A stretch of DNA of 64,000 bases from Alphaproteobacteria bacterium (GTDB lineage: Bacteria > Pseudomonadota > Alphaproteobacteria > UBA828): assembly GCA_965221125.1 (NCBI GenBank), contig CBDCRW010000007.1, positions 640,001 to 704,000 on the forward strand. The letters are read 5' to 3'. Positions 1 to 10,025 of the stretch are shown in pieces; the stretch's first letter is position 1, and every line of letters starts with the position of its first letter. The translations under genes and the position numbers were made by a program. The notes below the pieces were generated by a model. That model was not told the origin of the DNA, ran no database searches, and saw nothing but the letters and a program-made list of their open reading frames with translations.

Positions 1-753
1 GGCGGGCGCGCGTTCGACCCCGCCCTGCCGGTCACCGTCTTCGTGCACGGCGCCGCCTTCGACCACACGGTCTGGAAGCTGCAGGCGCGCTACTTCGCCT
101 GGCACGGCGGCAGCGTGCTGGCGGTCGACCTGCCCGGCCACGGCCTCTCCGAGGGGCCGCCCCGAGGCTCGATCCCCGAGATGGCGGCGTGGCTCGTGGC
201 GCTCCTGGATGCGGCGGGGGTCGGCGCGGCCAACCTGGTCGGCCACAGCATGGGCGCCCTGGTGGCGCTGGAGGCTGCGGCCCGCCACGGCACGCGGGTC
301 CGCAAGCTCGCGCTGCTGGGCGCCGCGCCTGCGATCCCGGTCAACGACCTGCTGCTCGGCAAGTCGGCCGAGGACGACCACCACGCGCTCGAGCTGCTCA
401 CGGGCTGGGGCTACGGGCGCCGCGCGCACTACGGCGGCCACCGCATGCCGGGGATCTGGATGACGGGCGGCGGCCTGCGCACCCTCGAACGCGCGAGCCC
501 CGGCGTGCTGCACACCGACCTCGTCGCGACCAACGACTACGCTGGCGGCGAGGCGGCCGCTGCGGCGGTCGGCTGTCCGGGCCTGGTGGTGATCGGATCG
601 CGCGACCTGATGACGCCGGCGAAGAAGGGACACGCGCTCGCCGGCATGATTGCCGATTCGACCACGGTGGTGATCCCCGGCGCCGGCCACATCATGCTGG
701 ACGAAGAGCCCGACGCGACCCTCGACGCGCTCAGGGACTTTCTCGTCGACTGA
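1..753 (+). CDS. Alpha/beta hydrolase (5' end outside the window)
   Basis: Frame open from base 1 (GGRAFDPALPVTVFVHGAAFDH); DLPGHG, GHSMG nucleophile elbow, C-terminal GAGH. Confidence 0.9.
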   Translation, partial: GGRAFDPALPVTVFVHGAAFDHTVWKLQARYFAWHGGSVLAVDLPGHGLSEGPPRGSIPEMAAWLVALLDAAGVGAANLVGHSMGALVALEAAARHGTRVRKLALLGAAPAIPVNDLLLGKSAEDDHHALELLTGWGYGRRAHYGGHRMPGIWMTGGGLRTLERASPGVLHTDLVATNDYAGGEAAAAAVGCPGLVVIGSRDLMTPAKKGHALAGMIADSTTVVIPGAGHIMLDEEPDATLDALRDFLVD

Positions 754-786
754 AGCCCGCCGCCACCCCCGGCTACGAGACTAGAG

Positions 787-871
787 TCGCACTCGTTGCG
801 GGCATCTCCCTCTGCCAGTCCCGCCGGGGGTTGGCGGACGCGTGGATGGCCGGAACGAGTCCGGCCATGAC
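787..871. repeat. Alphaproteobacterial REP-like palindromic element (degenerate left half, intact right half)
   Basis: 841-871 CGTGGATGGCCGGAACGAGTCCGGCCATGAC is a hairpin of the GTCATGGCCGG..CCGGCCATCCAC type; lies between convergent genes. Confidence 0.6.
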
Positions 872-935
872 GTGGCGAGGAAATTCCGCGAGCAGGTAGA
901 AGCGTCCCGGTCGGCACTCTGGCGGCATCGGGGGA

Positions 936-2192
936 CTACTTCCTGCTGCGTTCTGCGACCAGTGCGTCGAGTTTCTCGAGCAGGGCCGCGCGGTCGGGCC
1001 GAAAATCCTGCTCGACCCACCAGTCCTCGACGGCTTTGAGCAATTCGCCGACCTCCGGCCCTTCCTCGATACCGCGTTCGATCACGTCCTCGCCGCGTAG
1101 CAGGAACTCCGGTGTCTCCCACGCATCGGCGATCTCCAGCATCGCACGCAAGGATGAGTCCTTCGCATCAAGGTTCTCCTTAGCCCAAACGACGAGCACC
1201 AGGTCCCAGAAGCGCTCACGTCCTAGTCGATAGAGGAGTCGGCGCTGGACTCGGCGGTCAATGCGAGGGGTGATCGGGTTTGGCCCTACAACGAGCGCGA
1301 CAAGTCTTTCGGCCTGAATTCGCGGCAGTTGCCAGCGATCGGCGAAGGCCCGCACGGCGGTGGCGGTGTACTCTGTGCCGCTATCGGCGATCAAAGCGGC
1401 GAGTCGCCGGATCGGGTCGAGAGCGGAAAAAAATCGCTCGAGGCCGATGAGGCGGGTGAAAGCTTCTGGCTGCTGTACCAATGGCAACAGTTGATCGAGA
1501 ACGCCAGTGTTGAGCATGGCGGAGATCGCCGGTACGGGATCATCTGAAGCCAGCAGCTTCAGCATCTCGCTCTGAATTCGTTCGTACGATAGCAGCGTGA
1601 TCGCGCCTGATGCCGCTTCGCAAGCTACAAACGCATCCGCGTCCGGCTCGCCGCGCCCGTACCACGCGAAAAAACGGAAGAAGCGGAGGATGCGCAGATG
1701 GTCCTCGGCGATGCGCGTGGCGGGATCGCCGACGAAGCGCACCCGGCCGGCCTCCAGGTCCGCCTGCCCGCCGAAGTAGTCGTGGAGCGTGCCGTCGGGC
1801 GCCGCGCTCATGGCGTTGATGGTGAAGTCGCGCCGCGCCGCGTCCTCGCGCCAGTCGTCGGTAAACGCGACCTCGGCGTGGCGGCCGTCGGTGCGCTCGT
1901 CGCGCCTGAGCGTCGTGATCTCGTAGCGGCTGCCGCCGGCAAGCGCGGTCACCGTTCCGTGCGCGATCCCGCGCGGGACGGTGCGGCTCTCCAGCCCTGC
2001 GTCCTTCAGCAGCGCCAGCACGCGCTCCGGCGGGTCAAGGGTGCCGATGTCGATGTCGTTGCTTTCGTGGCCGAGCAGCGCGTCCCGCACGCAGCCGCCG
2101 ACGAAGCGAACGTCGGCGCCGCCGGCGGTGAGCGCGTCGATCACCGCGCGCGTTCCCGGCGCCGTCATCCAGGGGGCGCGGACCGTGCCCAC
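936..2192 (-). CDS. cca: CCA tRNA nucleotidyltransferase (poly(A) polymerase family)
   Basis: VGGCVRD, DIDI, EITTLR, RRDFTINA and EDHLRILRFFRF motifs. Start is GTG 2192 or ATG 2168; the ORF-track extension to 2552 overlaps the upstream gene. Confidence 0.9.
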   Translation of the reverse strand: MGTVRAPWMTAPGTRAVIDALTAGGADVRFVGGCVRDALLGHESNDIDIGTLDPPERVLALLKDAGLESRTVPRGIAHGTVTALAGGSRYEITTLRRDERTDGRHAEVAFTDDWREDAARRDFTINAMSAAPDGTLHDYFGGQADLEAGRVRFVGDPATRIAEDHLRILRFFRFFAWYGRGEPDADAFVACEAASGAITLLSYERIQSEMLKLLASDDPVPAISAMLNTGVLDQLLPLVQQPEAFTRLIGLERFFSALDPIRRLAALIADSGTEYTATAVRAFADRWQLPRIQAERLVALVVGPNPITPRIDRRVQRRLLYRLGRERFWDLVLVVWAKENLDAKDSSLRAMLEIADAWETPEFLLRGEDVIERGIEEGPEVGELLKAVEDWWVEQDFRPDRAALLEKLDALVAERSRK

Positions 2193-2203
2193 CCGGCGCG
2201 CGC

Positions 2204-2482
2204 TCAGTCGACGACCTCGCCGGGCACGATCTCGCCGTCGACGATGCGCGCCGGCACGTAGGTCCCTTCGGGGTCGCTGCCGCCGAGCAGCGCCCATACC
2301 ACCAGGCTCGACGCCGTCAGAATCATGCCGCTGCCCAGCAGCCGGACCCACGGCATCTTGCGCAGCTGCGCCGCCGCGTTGCTGCGGCTCAGCTGAAGTC
2401 GCCGCGTCAGGATCAGAAACGCGAAGTACAGGATCGTCGGCGCGAGCAGGATCAGGATATGGATCAGGGTGGTTCTCAGCAT
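2204..2482 (-). CDS. Small membrane protein (DUF6111-like)
   Basis: MLRTTLIHILILLAPTILYF, two hydrophobic helices, C-terminal YVPARIVDGEIVPG; usual position between Nudix and cca. Confidence 0.7.
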   Translation of the reverse strand: MLRTTLIHILILLAPTILYFAFLILTRRLQLSRSNAAAQLRKMPWVRLLGSGMILTASSLVVWALLGGSDPEGTYVPARIVDGEIVPGEVVD

Positions 2483-3138
2483 GATGCGCGCACCACATCC
2501 CGGAAGTTGACGAGGATCGCCGCCGTAGCGCCCCAGACATGATACGCGCCATAGGGCATGACGTAAAAACGGCGCTCCACGCCGCCTACCGTCAGGCCGT
2601 CGCGCCGGTAGTTCGCGGGCTCCAGGACGAAGGAGAGCGGCACCTCGAAGACCTCGGCGACCTCGCGGGTGTCCGGCTCGAAGGCGGGCGGCGCCGCGAC
2701 GAATCCGACGACAGGCGTGATGCGATACCCGGTGCCCACCAGGTAGTCGTCCAGGCGGCCGACGACCTCGACGCTCGCCTGAGGCAGCCCGATTTCCTCT
2801 TCGGCCTCCCGCAGCGCCGTCTTCTGCGGCGTTCCGTCGCCGGGGTCGGCGCGGCCGCCGGGAAAGCTGATCTGGCCCGCGTGGCGCGCGAGCCGCTCGG
2901 CCCGCCGCGTGAGCAGCACCGAGAGCGCGCCGTCCCGCTCGATGACCGCGACGAGCACGGCGGCAGGCGTGATCGGCTCCGAGGCCGGCAGCCGGCCCCA
3001 GGACTCCTCGCTGTGGCGGAGCGAGCCCGGCACGCGGGCCGCAGGCGCGCGTTCGGCCGCGGCGATGACCGCGTCCCACGGCTGATCCGGTGCGCCCGGC
3101 GCCTGCCGCGCCACGCCGCGCAGGATGTCGGCATGCAT
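2476..3138 (-). CDS. CoA pyrophosphatase (Nudix, NudL-like)
   Basis: LLTRRAERLARHAGQISFPGG motif plus Nudix box TALREAEEEIG; VWGATA. Confidence 0.9.
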   Translation of the reverse strand: MHADILRGVARQAPGAPDQPWDAVIAAAERAPAARVPGSLRHSEESWGRLPASEPITPAAVLVAVIERDGALSVLLTRRAERLARHAGQISFPGGRADPGDGTPQKTALREAEEEIGLPQASVEVVGRLDDYLVGTGYRITPVVGFVAAPPAFEPDTREVAEVFEVPLSFVLEPANYRRDGLTVGGVERRFYVMPYGAYHVWGATAAILVNFRDVVRASC

Positions 3139-3148
3139 GTGGCGCGGC

Positions 3149-3667
3149 TCACGCGGCGGCGTCGAAGGGGAAGAACACGCCGCCGCTCCAGACGCCCAGC
3201 ACCGTGCGGCCCTCGATCTCCCGCTCGACGCAGAGCTCCACCAGCGGATAGAAGGCCGAGCGGGCCACGCGGGCCTCCAGGCCGCCGCGGACGGTGAGGT
3301 AGGGCGCCTTCTCGTCCGATCCCGGCAGGGAGCGGAAGGCGAGGGGATGGGCAGGGCCGGCGCTCACCCACTCGTCCAGGTTGGTGCGGAAGCGCAGGCA
3401 TTGCGCCTCGCCGCCGCCTTCGGCCTCCATCTCGACGGCGACGAAGGGCACGTCGTCCACGGCAATCCGCGCCTTCTCCACCGGGGTGACGAGCCAGTAG
3501 TCGTCGTCCTCGCGCCTCAGCACGCTCGCGAAGAGCTTGACCAGAGGCAGTCGGCCGATGGGGCAGCCCTCGTGGAACCACGTGCCGTCGCCCGCGATGC
3601 GGATGTCGATGTCGCCGCAGAAGAGTTGCGCCGGCCGCGCGCCGGCCGGTGCCTGCGATTCGCTCAT
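3149..3667 (-). CDS. DUF1285 family protein
   Basis: DIRIAGDGTWFHEGCPI, LVKLFASVL, LVTPVEK, FRTNLDE. Confidence 0.85.
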   Translation of the reverse strand: MSESQAPAGARPAQLFCGDIDIRIAGDGTWFHEGCPIGRLPLVKLFASVLRREDDDYWLVTPVEKARIAVDDVPFVAVEMEAEGGGEAQCLRFRTNLDEWVSAGPAHPLAFRSLPGSDEKAPYLTVRGGLEARVARSAFYPLVELCVEREIEGRTVLGVWSGGVFFPFDAAA

Positions 3668-3719
3668 GGGCGCAGTATAGCCAAGCGCTCGGGCTTGGCG
3701 TCATGTCCGATGCGCAGGC

Positions 3720-3753
3720 AAAAGGGCCGCGCCCCCTTGCGAAGGCGCGGCCC
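3720..3753 (-). terminator. Rho-independent terminator after acoC
   Basis: Minus strand GGGCCGCGCC-ttcgcaaggg-GGCGCGGCCC-TTTT. Confidence 0.7.
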
Positions 3754-3780
3754 GCATGTCGAGCAGGATGCCGCGAGGCG

Positions 3781-4890
3781 TCAGCCGACGTGCTCGTCGA
3801 TCAGGCGGTTCACCTCGGTGGCGGCTTCCATCTGCACCATGTGGCCTTGCCCGTCCATCACCGTGCAGCGCACGCCGTCCGGCAGGCCGTCGGCATGGGA
3901 GGCGGGGATGATCTGGTCGCCCGCGCCCCAGATGACCAGTGTCGGCACGCTGCCGGCCACATCGCGCATCACCTCCGCCTGCGCGCCGCCGGGCGCGAAG
4001 GCATCGCGGACGGTGCCGAGCGCGGCCGTGACGCCGTCGATCCGCTTGAAGGCGAGCAGGTCGTTGACGAGCTGGCGCGTCACCAGCGCCGGATCGCTGA
4101 ACAGCTTCTCGACGTGCGGCTTCAAATCCTTCCGGCGCTCGGCCGAGATGAAGCCCTCCAGGTAGTCGCCGTCGATCTCGCTCCCCAAGCCCGCGCTGCC
4201 GATCAGGGTGACGGAGGCCACGCGCTCCGGCGCCGCCTTCGCGACCGCAAGCGAGATCGCGCCGCCCATGGAGTGGCCCACGAGATGCGCCTTCTCGATC
4301 CCCAGCGCATCGGCGAAGCCGGTGACGACGCCGGCGAAGAAGCCGACCGAGCCGTCGCCCGCGTCCTTGCTGGAGCTGCCGTGCCCCGGCAGGTCGAGGG
4401 CGTAGACCGTCCTCGTCGCCGCGAGCGCCTCGTGGTTGAACAGCCAGTTGTTGAGGTCGCCGCCGAAGCCGTGGATCAGGATGACCGGCGTGCCGCCTTC
4501 GCCGCGCGGGAGGTAGCGGATCTGCCGCCCGTCGACCTCCACCGTCTCGGTGGCGGGGCCGCTGTCCTCGTCGTCGTCCTCCGGCGGCACGAAGTTGGCC
4601 TGGAAGTCCGTGACGAAGGCGTCGATATCGCCGTCGGCGACGCTTTCCTCGGCCACGATGCCGAGCAGGCCGCCGACCGGCAGCACGTCGCCTTCCTGGG
4701 CGACGCAGCGCCGCAGCACGCCTGCATCCGCCGCCTCGACCGCGCTGGAGATCTTCTCGGTCTCGATATCGATGATCTCATCGCCCGGCGTGATCGAATC
4801 GCCTTCGTCCACGAGCCAGCCGGCGACCTTCCCCTCCTTCATGGAGAGGCCCCACTTGGGCATGCATATGGTGCGAATGCCCTCGCTCAT
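3781..4890 (-). CDS. acoC: Acetoin dehydrogenase E2 component (lipoyl domain + alpha/beta hydrolase)
   Basis: MPKWGLSMKEG..IETEKI lipoyl domain followed by HGFGG and GHSMG hydrolase domain; downstream of E1 alpha/beta genes. Confidence 0.9.
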   Translation of the reverse strand: MSEGIRTICMPKWGLSMKEGKVAGWLVDEGDSITPGDEIIDIETEKISSAVEAADAGVLRRCVAQEGDVLPVGGLLGIVAEESVADGDIDAFVTDFQANFVPPEDDDEDSGPATETVEVDGRQIRYLPRGEGGTPVILIHGFGGDLNNWLFNHEALAATRTVYALDLPGHGSSSKDAGDGSVGFFAGVVTGFADALGIEKAHLVGHSMGGAISLAVAKAAPERVASVTLIGSAGLGSEIDGDYLEGFISAERRKDLKPHVEKLFSDPALVTRQLVNDLLAFKRIDGVTAALGTVRDAFAPGGAQAEVMRDVAGSVPTLVIWGAGDQIIPASHADGLPDGVRCTVMDGQGHMVQMEAATEVNRLIDEHVG

Positions 4891-5900
4891 TTGCTGGACT
4901 CCATCACCGCCTTCACGGCCTTCTGCACCGCCGCCGCGTCGGGGATGTAGAGATCCTCGAGCGTATCCGCGAACGGCACCGGCGTGTGCGGCGCGGTCAC
5001 CTGCTTGATCGGCCCCTTGAGCGAATCGAAGGCCTTTTCGCAGACCATGGCCGCGATGTCGGTCGCCATGTTGCAGCGCGGGTGCGCCTCGTCCAGCACC
5101 ACCAGACGGCCGGTGTTCTCCACCGTCTCGATCACGGTGTCCTCATCCAGCGGCGAGGTGGTGCGCAGGTCGACGATCTCGCACTCGATGCCGTCGCCCG
5201 CGAGCGCACTCGCCGCCTCGGTCGCGACGTGGACCATGCGGCCCAGCGTCACGATGGAGACGTCGTCGCCCTCGCGCACGATGTTGGCCTCGCCGAAGGG
5301 GAGCGCATACGGCTCCTCCGGCACGTCACCTTCCAGCGTGTAGAGCGCCTTGTGCTCGCAGAAGATCACCGGGTCGCTGTCGCGGATCGACTGGATCAGC
5401 AGCCCCTTGGCGTCGTAGGGCGTGGCCGGGGTCACGACCTTGAGTCCGGGGATGTGGGTGAACACCGGGTAGAGGCACTGCGAGTGCTGGGCGGCCGCGC
5501 GCAGGCCCGCGCCGTACATGGTGCGGATCACCACCGGCGTCTCCGCCTTGCCGCCGAACATGTAGCGGAACTTCGCCGCCTGGTTGAAGATCTGGTCGAA
5601 GCAGACGCCCATGAAGTCGATGAACATCAGCTCGGCCACCGGGCGCAGCCCGGAGGTCGCCGCGCCGACGGCGGCGCCGATGAAGGCGGATTCGGTGATG
5701 GGCGTATCCATGACCCGGTCGCCGAACCTGCCGTAGAGCCCCTTGGTGATGCCGAGCGGCCCGCCCCAGGCGTCGCGCTCGCCGTCGGTGCCGAGGCCGC
5801 CGGCCACGTCCTCGCCCATGATGACGACGGTCTCGTCGCGCTCCATCTCCTGCGCGAGGGCCTCGTTGATTGCCTGTTGATAGGTGACTGTGCGTGCCAT
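4887..5900 (-). CDS. acoB: Acetoin dehydrogenase E1 beta subunit
   Basis: DTPITESAFIGAAVGAA, GLRPVAELMFIDF, AAQHSQ. Confidence 0.9.
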   Translation of the reverse strand: MARTVTYQQAINEALAQEMERDETVVIMGEDVAGGLGTDGERDAWGGPLGITKGLYGRFGDRVMDTPITESAFIGAAVGAATSGLRPVAELMFIDFMGVCFDQIFNQAAKFRYMFGGKAETPVVIRTMYGAGLRAAAQHSQCLYPVFTHIPGLKVVTPATPYDAKGLLIQSIRDSDPVIFCEHKALYTLEGDVPEEPYALPFGEANIVREGDDVSIVTLGRMVHVATEAASALAGDGIECEIVDLRTTSPLDEDTVIETVENTGRLVVLDEAHPRCNMATDIAAMVCEKAFDSLKGPIKQVTAPHTPVPFADTLEDLYIPDAAAVQKAVKAVMESSK

Positions 5901-5915
5901 GAGAGCCTCCCTCGC

Positions 5916-6884
5916 TCAGTAGGATACGTAGACGTCGGTGAGAAGATCGGCCGCCGTCGGGGCCGGCGATACCTTGGCCTTGGCGACCGCGCCGTCGATC
6001 TGCGCCTCGGCCTCCGAGTCGATCGCGTCGAGATCGGCGGCGTCGAGCAGGCCGGCCTCCGTCACCTTCTCGCGGAACAGCGCGAGGCAGTCCCGCGTCT
6101 CGCGCAGCTTCTTCACCTCGTCGGGGCCGCGGTAGGTCTGCGCGTCGCCCTCGAAGTGCCCGTAGTAGCGGTTGAGCTTGCATTCCAGCAGGCTCGGGCC
6201 GCCGCCGTCGCGGGCCCGCTTGATGGCCTCGCCGGCCGCCTCGTGGACCGCGAAGAAGTCGTGCCCGTCGACAACGACGCCCGGCATGTTGAAGCCGCTG
6301 GCGCGGTCGGCCGCGTCGTCGCAGGCGATCGACCACTTGGACGAGGTCGATTCCGCGTAGCCGTTGTTCTCGACCACGAAGATGCAGGGCAGGTTCCAGA
6401 CCGAGGCGAGATTGAGGCTCTCGAAGGTGGTGCCCTGGTTCGAGCCGCCGTCGCCGACGAAGGCGATGGCGACGCCGCCGGTGCCGAGCTGCTTGGCCGC
6501 GAGGCCCGCGCCGCAGATGAGCGGCGGCCCGCCGCCGACGATGCCGTTGGCGCCCATCATGCCCTTGTCCAGGTCGGCGATGTGCATGGAGCCGCCCTTG
6601 CCGGCGCAGAGCCCGTCCTTGCGGCCGTAGATCTCCGCCATCATGCCGTCCACGTCGCAGCCCTTGGCGATGCAGTGGCCGTGGCCGCGATGGGTGCTGG
6701 CGATGCGGTCGCGATCGTCGAGGTGCATGCAGACGCCGACGCCGCTTGCTTCCTCTCCGGCGTACAGGTGCACGAACCCCGGAATGTCGCCGGTCGCGAA
6801 CTCGACGTGTAGGCGTTCCTCGAACTCGCGGATCGTGCGCATGGTTCGATAGGCGGTCAACAAGTCGTCTTTGCTAAGCTGCAT
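5916..6884 (-). CDS. acoA: Acetoin dehydrogenase E1 alpha subunit (TPP-dependent)
   Basis: GFVHLYAGEEA, STHRGHGH, GDG..N TPP-binding motif, GHFEGD. Confidence 0.9.
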   Translation of the reverse strand: MQLSKDDLLTAYRTMRTIREFEERLHVEFATGDIPGFVHLYAGEEASGVGVCMHLDDRDRIASTHRGHGHCIAKGCDVDGMMAEIYGRKDGLCAGKGGSMHIADLDKGMMGANGIVGGGPPLICGAGLAAKQLGTGGVAIAFVGDGGSNQGTTFESLNLASVWNLPCIFVVENNGYAESTSSKWSIACDDAADRASGFNMPGVVVDGHDFFAVHEAAGEAIKRARDGGGPSLLECKLNRYYGHFEGDAQTYRGPDEVKKLRETRDCLALFREKVTEAGLLDAADLDAIDSEAEAQIDGAVAKAKVSPAPTAADLLTDVYVSY

Positions 6885-6923
6885 GCGTCGTATCTCCCTT
6901 TGCCAGAGTGGTGGCGTTCGACC

Positions 6924-8018
<1,095 letters not shown>

Positions 8019-8055
8019 CAGTACCCCCAGACAGGCATTCGCCGAGGCCCCCCGC

Positions 8056-8934
8056 CTATTCCCTGACCGCGCCCATGGTGAGCCCGGCGACGAGATAGCG
8101 CCGGATCAGAAGCCCGAGAAACATCATCGGCACCGTCGTCACGACGCCGGCGGCCATGATCATGCCCCACTGGATCTTGACCGGCTGGACCAGCTCCGCC
8201 GTCGCCACCGGCAGGGTCTTGGCACCGCCCGAGCCGATGATCGACGCGAACAGGAAGTCGTTCCAGCCGAACAGCACGCAGAGCACGATGAAGGCGCCGA
8301 TCCCCGGCGCCACCAGCGGAATGATGAGTCTGAACGCCTGCCAGCGGGTGCAGCCGTCGCATTGCGCCGCCTCTTCGATCGCGTAGGGCACGTTGTCGAA
8401 GAAGCCCTTCAGAATCCAGATGGCGAAGGGGAGGTTGAAGGTCGTGTAGGCGAGGATCAGGCCGGGCAGGGTGCCCACCAGCCCGGACGAGCGGAAGATC
8501 ACGTAGAGCGGCACCATCACGGCCACGACCGGCGCCATGCGGGTCGAGATGATCCAGAAGAGCAGGTCGCGCTTGCCGCGGAACTCGGCGCGCGAGAGGG
8601 CGTAGGCCGCCATCGAGCCGAGCGAGACCGAGACCGCGGCCGAGCCCAGCGAGGCGATCAGGCTGTTGCGCAGGTACGTGCCGAAGTGCTTCTCGGTGAA
8701 GAGCTCGACATAGTGCGCGCCTGTCGGCTTGAAGTCGAACATGACGCCGACCCCGCCGAAATCGCCGACTTCGGGCAGCTGGAACGCATCCAGCAGGTCC
8801 TTGAAGGACGAGACCACCATGATGAGCAGCGGCAGCACCGTCCAGACGAAGAAGAAGATCAGGAACAGGGTCGAGAGCGCCCGGAGCGCAGTGCGCAACG
8901 GCGAGCGGTATTGGACGATCTCGCGCGATGCCAC
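8056..8934 (-). CDS. Carbohydrate ABC transporter permease (MalG-like)
   Basis: Multiple TM helices; EAA loop IEEAAQCDG. Confidence 0.9.
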   Translation of the reverse strand: MASREIVQYRSPLRTALRALSTLFLIFFFVWTVLPLLIMVVSSFKDLLDAFQLPEVGDFGGVGVMFDFKPTGAHYVELFTEKHFGTYLRNSLIASLGSAAVSVSLGSMAAYALSRAEFRGKRDLLFWIISTRMAPVVAVMVPLYVIFRSSGLVGTLPGLILAYTTFNLPFAIWILKGFFDNVPYAIEEAAQCDGCTRWQAFRLIIPLVAPGIGAFIVLCVLFGWNDFLFASIIGSGGAKTLPVATAELVQPVKIQWGMIMAAGVVTTVPMMFLGLLIRRYLVAGLTMGAVRE

Positions 8935-8937
8935 CGC

Positions 8938-9912
8938 CTAGTCCTCCCGCTGTGTCCTGAGCTTCCGGGTCGGGTCCTCGAACACGATGGTCAGCACCAG
9001 GCCCAGCAGGATCGTCAGCAGCAGCAGCGTGAAGGCGATCGCGGCGCCGCGGCCAAGCTCGAAGAACTTGAACGAGACGTCGAAGAGGTAGGTCGGCAGG
9101 ATCTTGGTGGCGTTGGCGGGGCCGCCGCCGGTCATGATCAGGATGTGGTCGATGAACCTGAAGTTGTCCATGAAGCGGAGCAGGATTGCGATCAGCAGGA
9201 AGGGGTAGAGGTTGGGCAGCGCCACGCTGAAGAAGTTGCGGAAGGGCCCCGCGCCATCGACCATATGAGCTTCGAGCTGCTCCTGCGGCACACGCTTCAG
9301 CCCGGCGAGCGTGATGAGGGCGATGAGCGGCGTCCATTGCCACACGTCGGTGGCGACGATCGCGAACATCGCCCAGAACTTGTTGCCGAGGATCGAGCCG
9401 CCTTCCAGCAGGCCGATGCTCTGCAGCAGCCAGAAATACCAGCCGAAGGTCCCGTTATAGAGAAACATGTAAAGGAAGCCGGCGATGACCGGCGCCATCA
9501 TCATCGGCATCAGGAAGATGGTGACGAGGATCTTCTCGAAGCGGTTGTTGTGAAGGATGACCGCCAGCAGGACACCGAGGCCGATCTCGACCGAGAGGCA
9601 GAGCGCGCTGTACTTGAAGAGCGTGAGCCAGCCCCTGGCGAACTTCTTGTCCGAGGCCAGCCGCGAGAAGTTGTCGATGCCGGCCCACACGTCCGACTTG
9701 CCGGGCGCGAGCTGCACCTCGTGCAGGGTCATGTAGATCAGCCAGACCAGGGGATAGAGCGAGATCGCCGCCAGCAGCAGGATCGCCGGCAGCATCAGCC
9801 ACAGCAGGTAGTAGCGCGGCGGCCGGCGGTTGAAGTCGTCGGGGTGATAGTCGATGGACCGCACACCGCGCACGACGCCTTCCGCGACATCCATGTTCGC
9901 GATGTTGGCCAT
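8938..9912 (-). CDS. Carbohydrate ABC transporter permease (MalF-like)
   Basis: DVWQWTP, LEAHMVDGA, MTGGGP. Confidence 0.9.
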   Translation of the reverse strand: MANIANMDVAEGVVRGVRSIDYHPDDFNRRPPRYYLLWLMLPAILLLAAISLYPLVWLIYMTLHEVQLAPGKSDVWAGIDNFSRLASDKKFARGWLTLFKYSALCLSVEIGLGVLLAVILHNNRFEKILVTIFLMPMMMAPVIAGFLYMFLYNGTFGWYFWLLQSIGLLEGGSILGNKFWAMFAIVATDVWQWTPLIALITLAGLKRVPQEQLEAHMVDGAGPFRNFFSVALPNLYPFLLIAILLRFMDNFRFIDHILIMTGGGPANATKILPTYLFDVSFKFFELGRGAAIAFTLLLLTILLGLVLTIVFEDPTRKLRTQRED

Positions 9913-10025
9913 GCGCCGGTTCTCCGCGCCCTCTCTGCGCTGGCAGCTTGCCGCCGCCGGCGCCGGTCAGAAGCCGCCGACCGCCCGGGGGGCGCCGCAG
10001 CGCCTCCCGGGCAGCGGGGTAACGT

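Noticed and set aside
1100-1640. CCA low-GC block as a DGR variable region
   Set aside because: No template repeat or reverse transcriptase in the window, and the block is much longer than a typical VR.
936-2552. 538-aa N-terminally extended CCA enzyme
   Set aside because: The extension is an alternative frame of the upstream membrane protein gene; homology starts near 2190.
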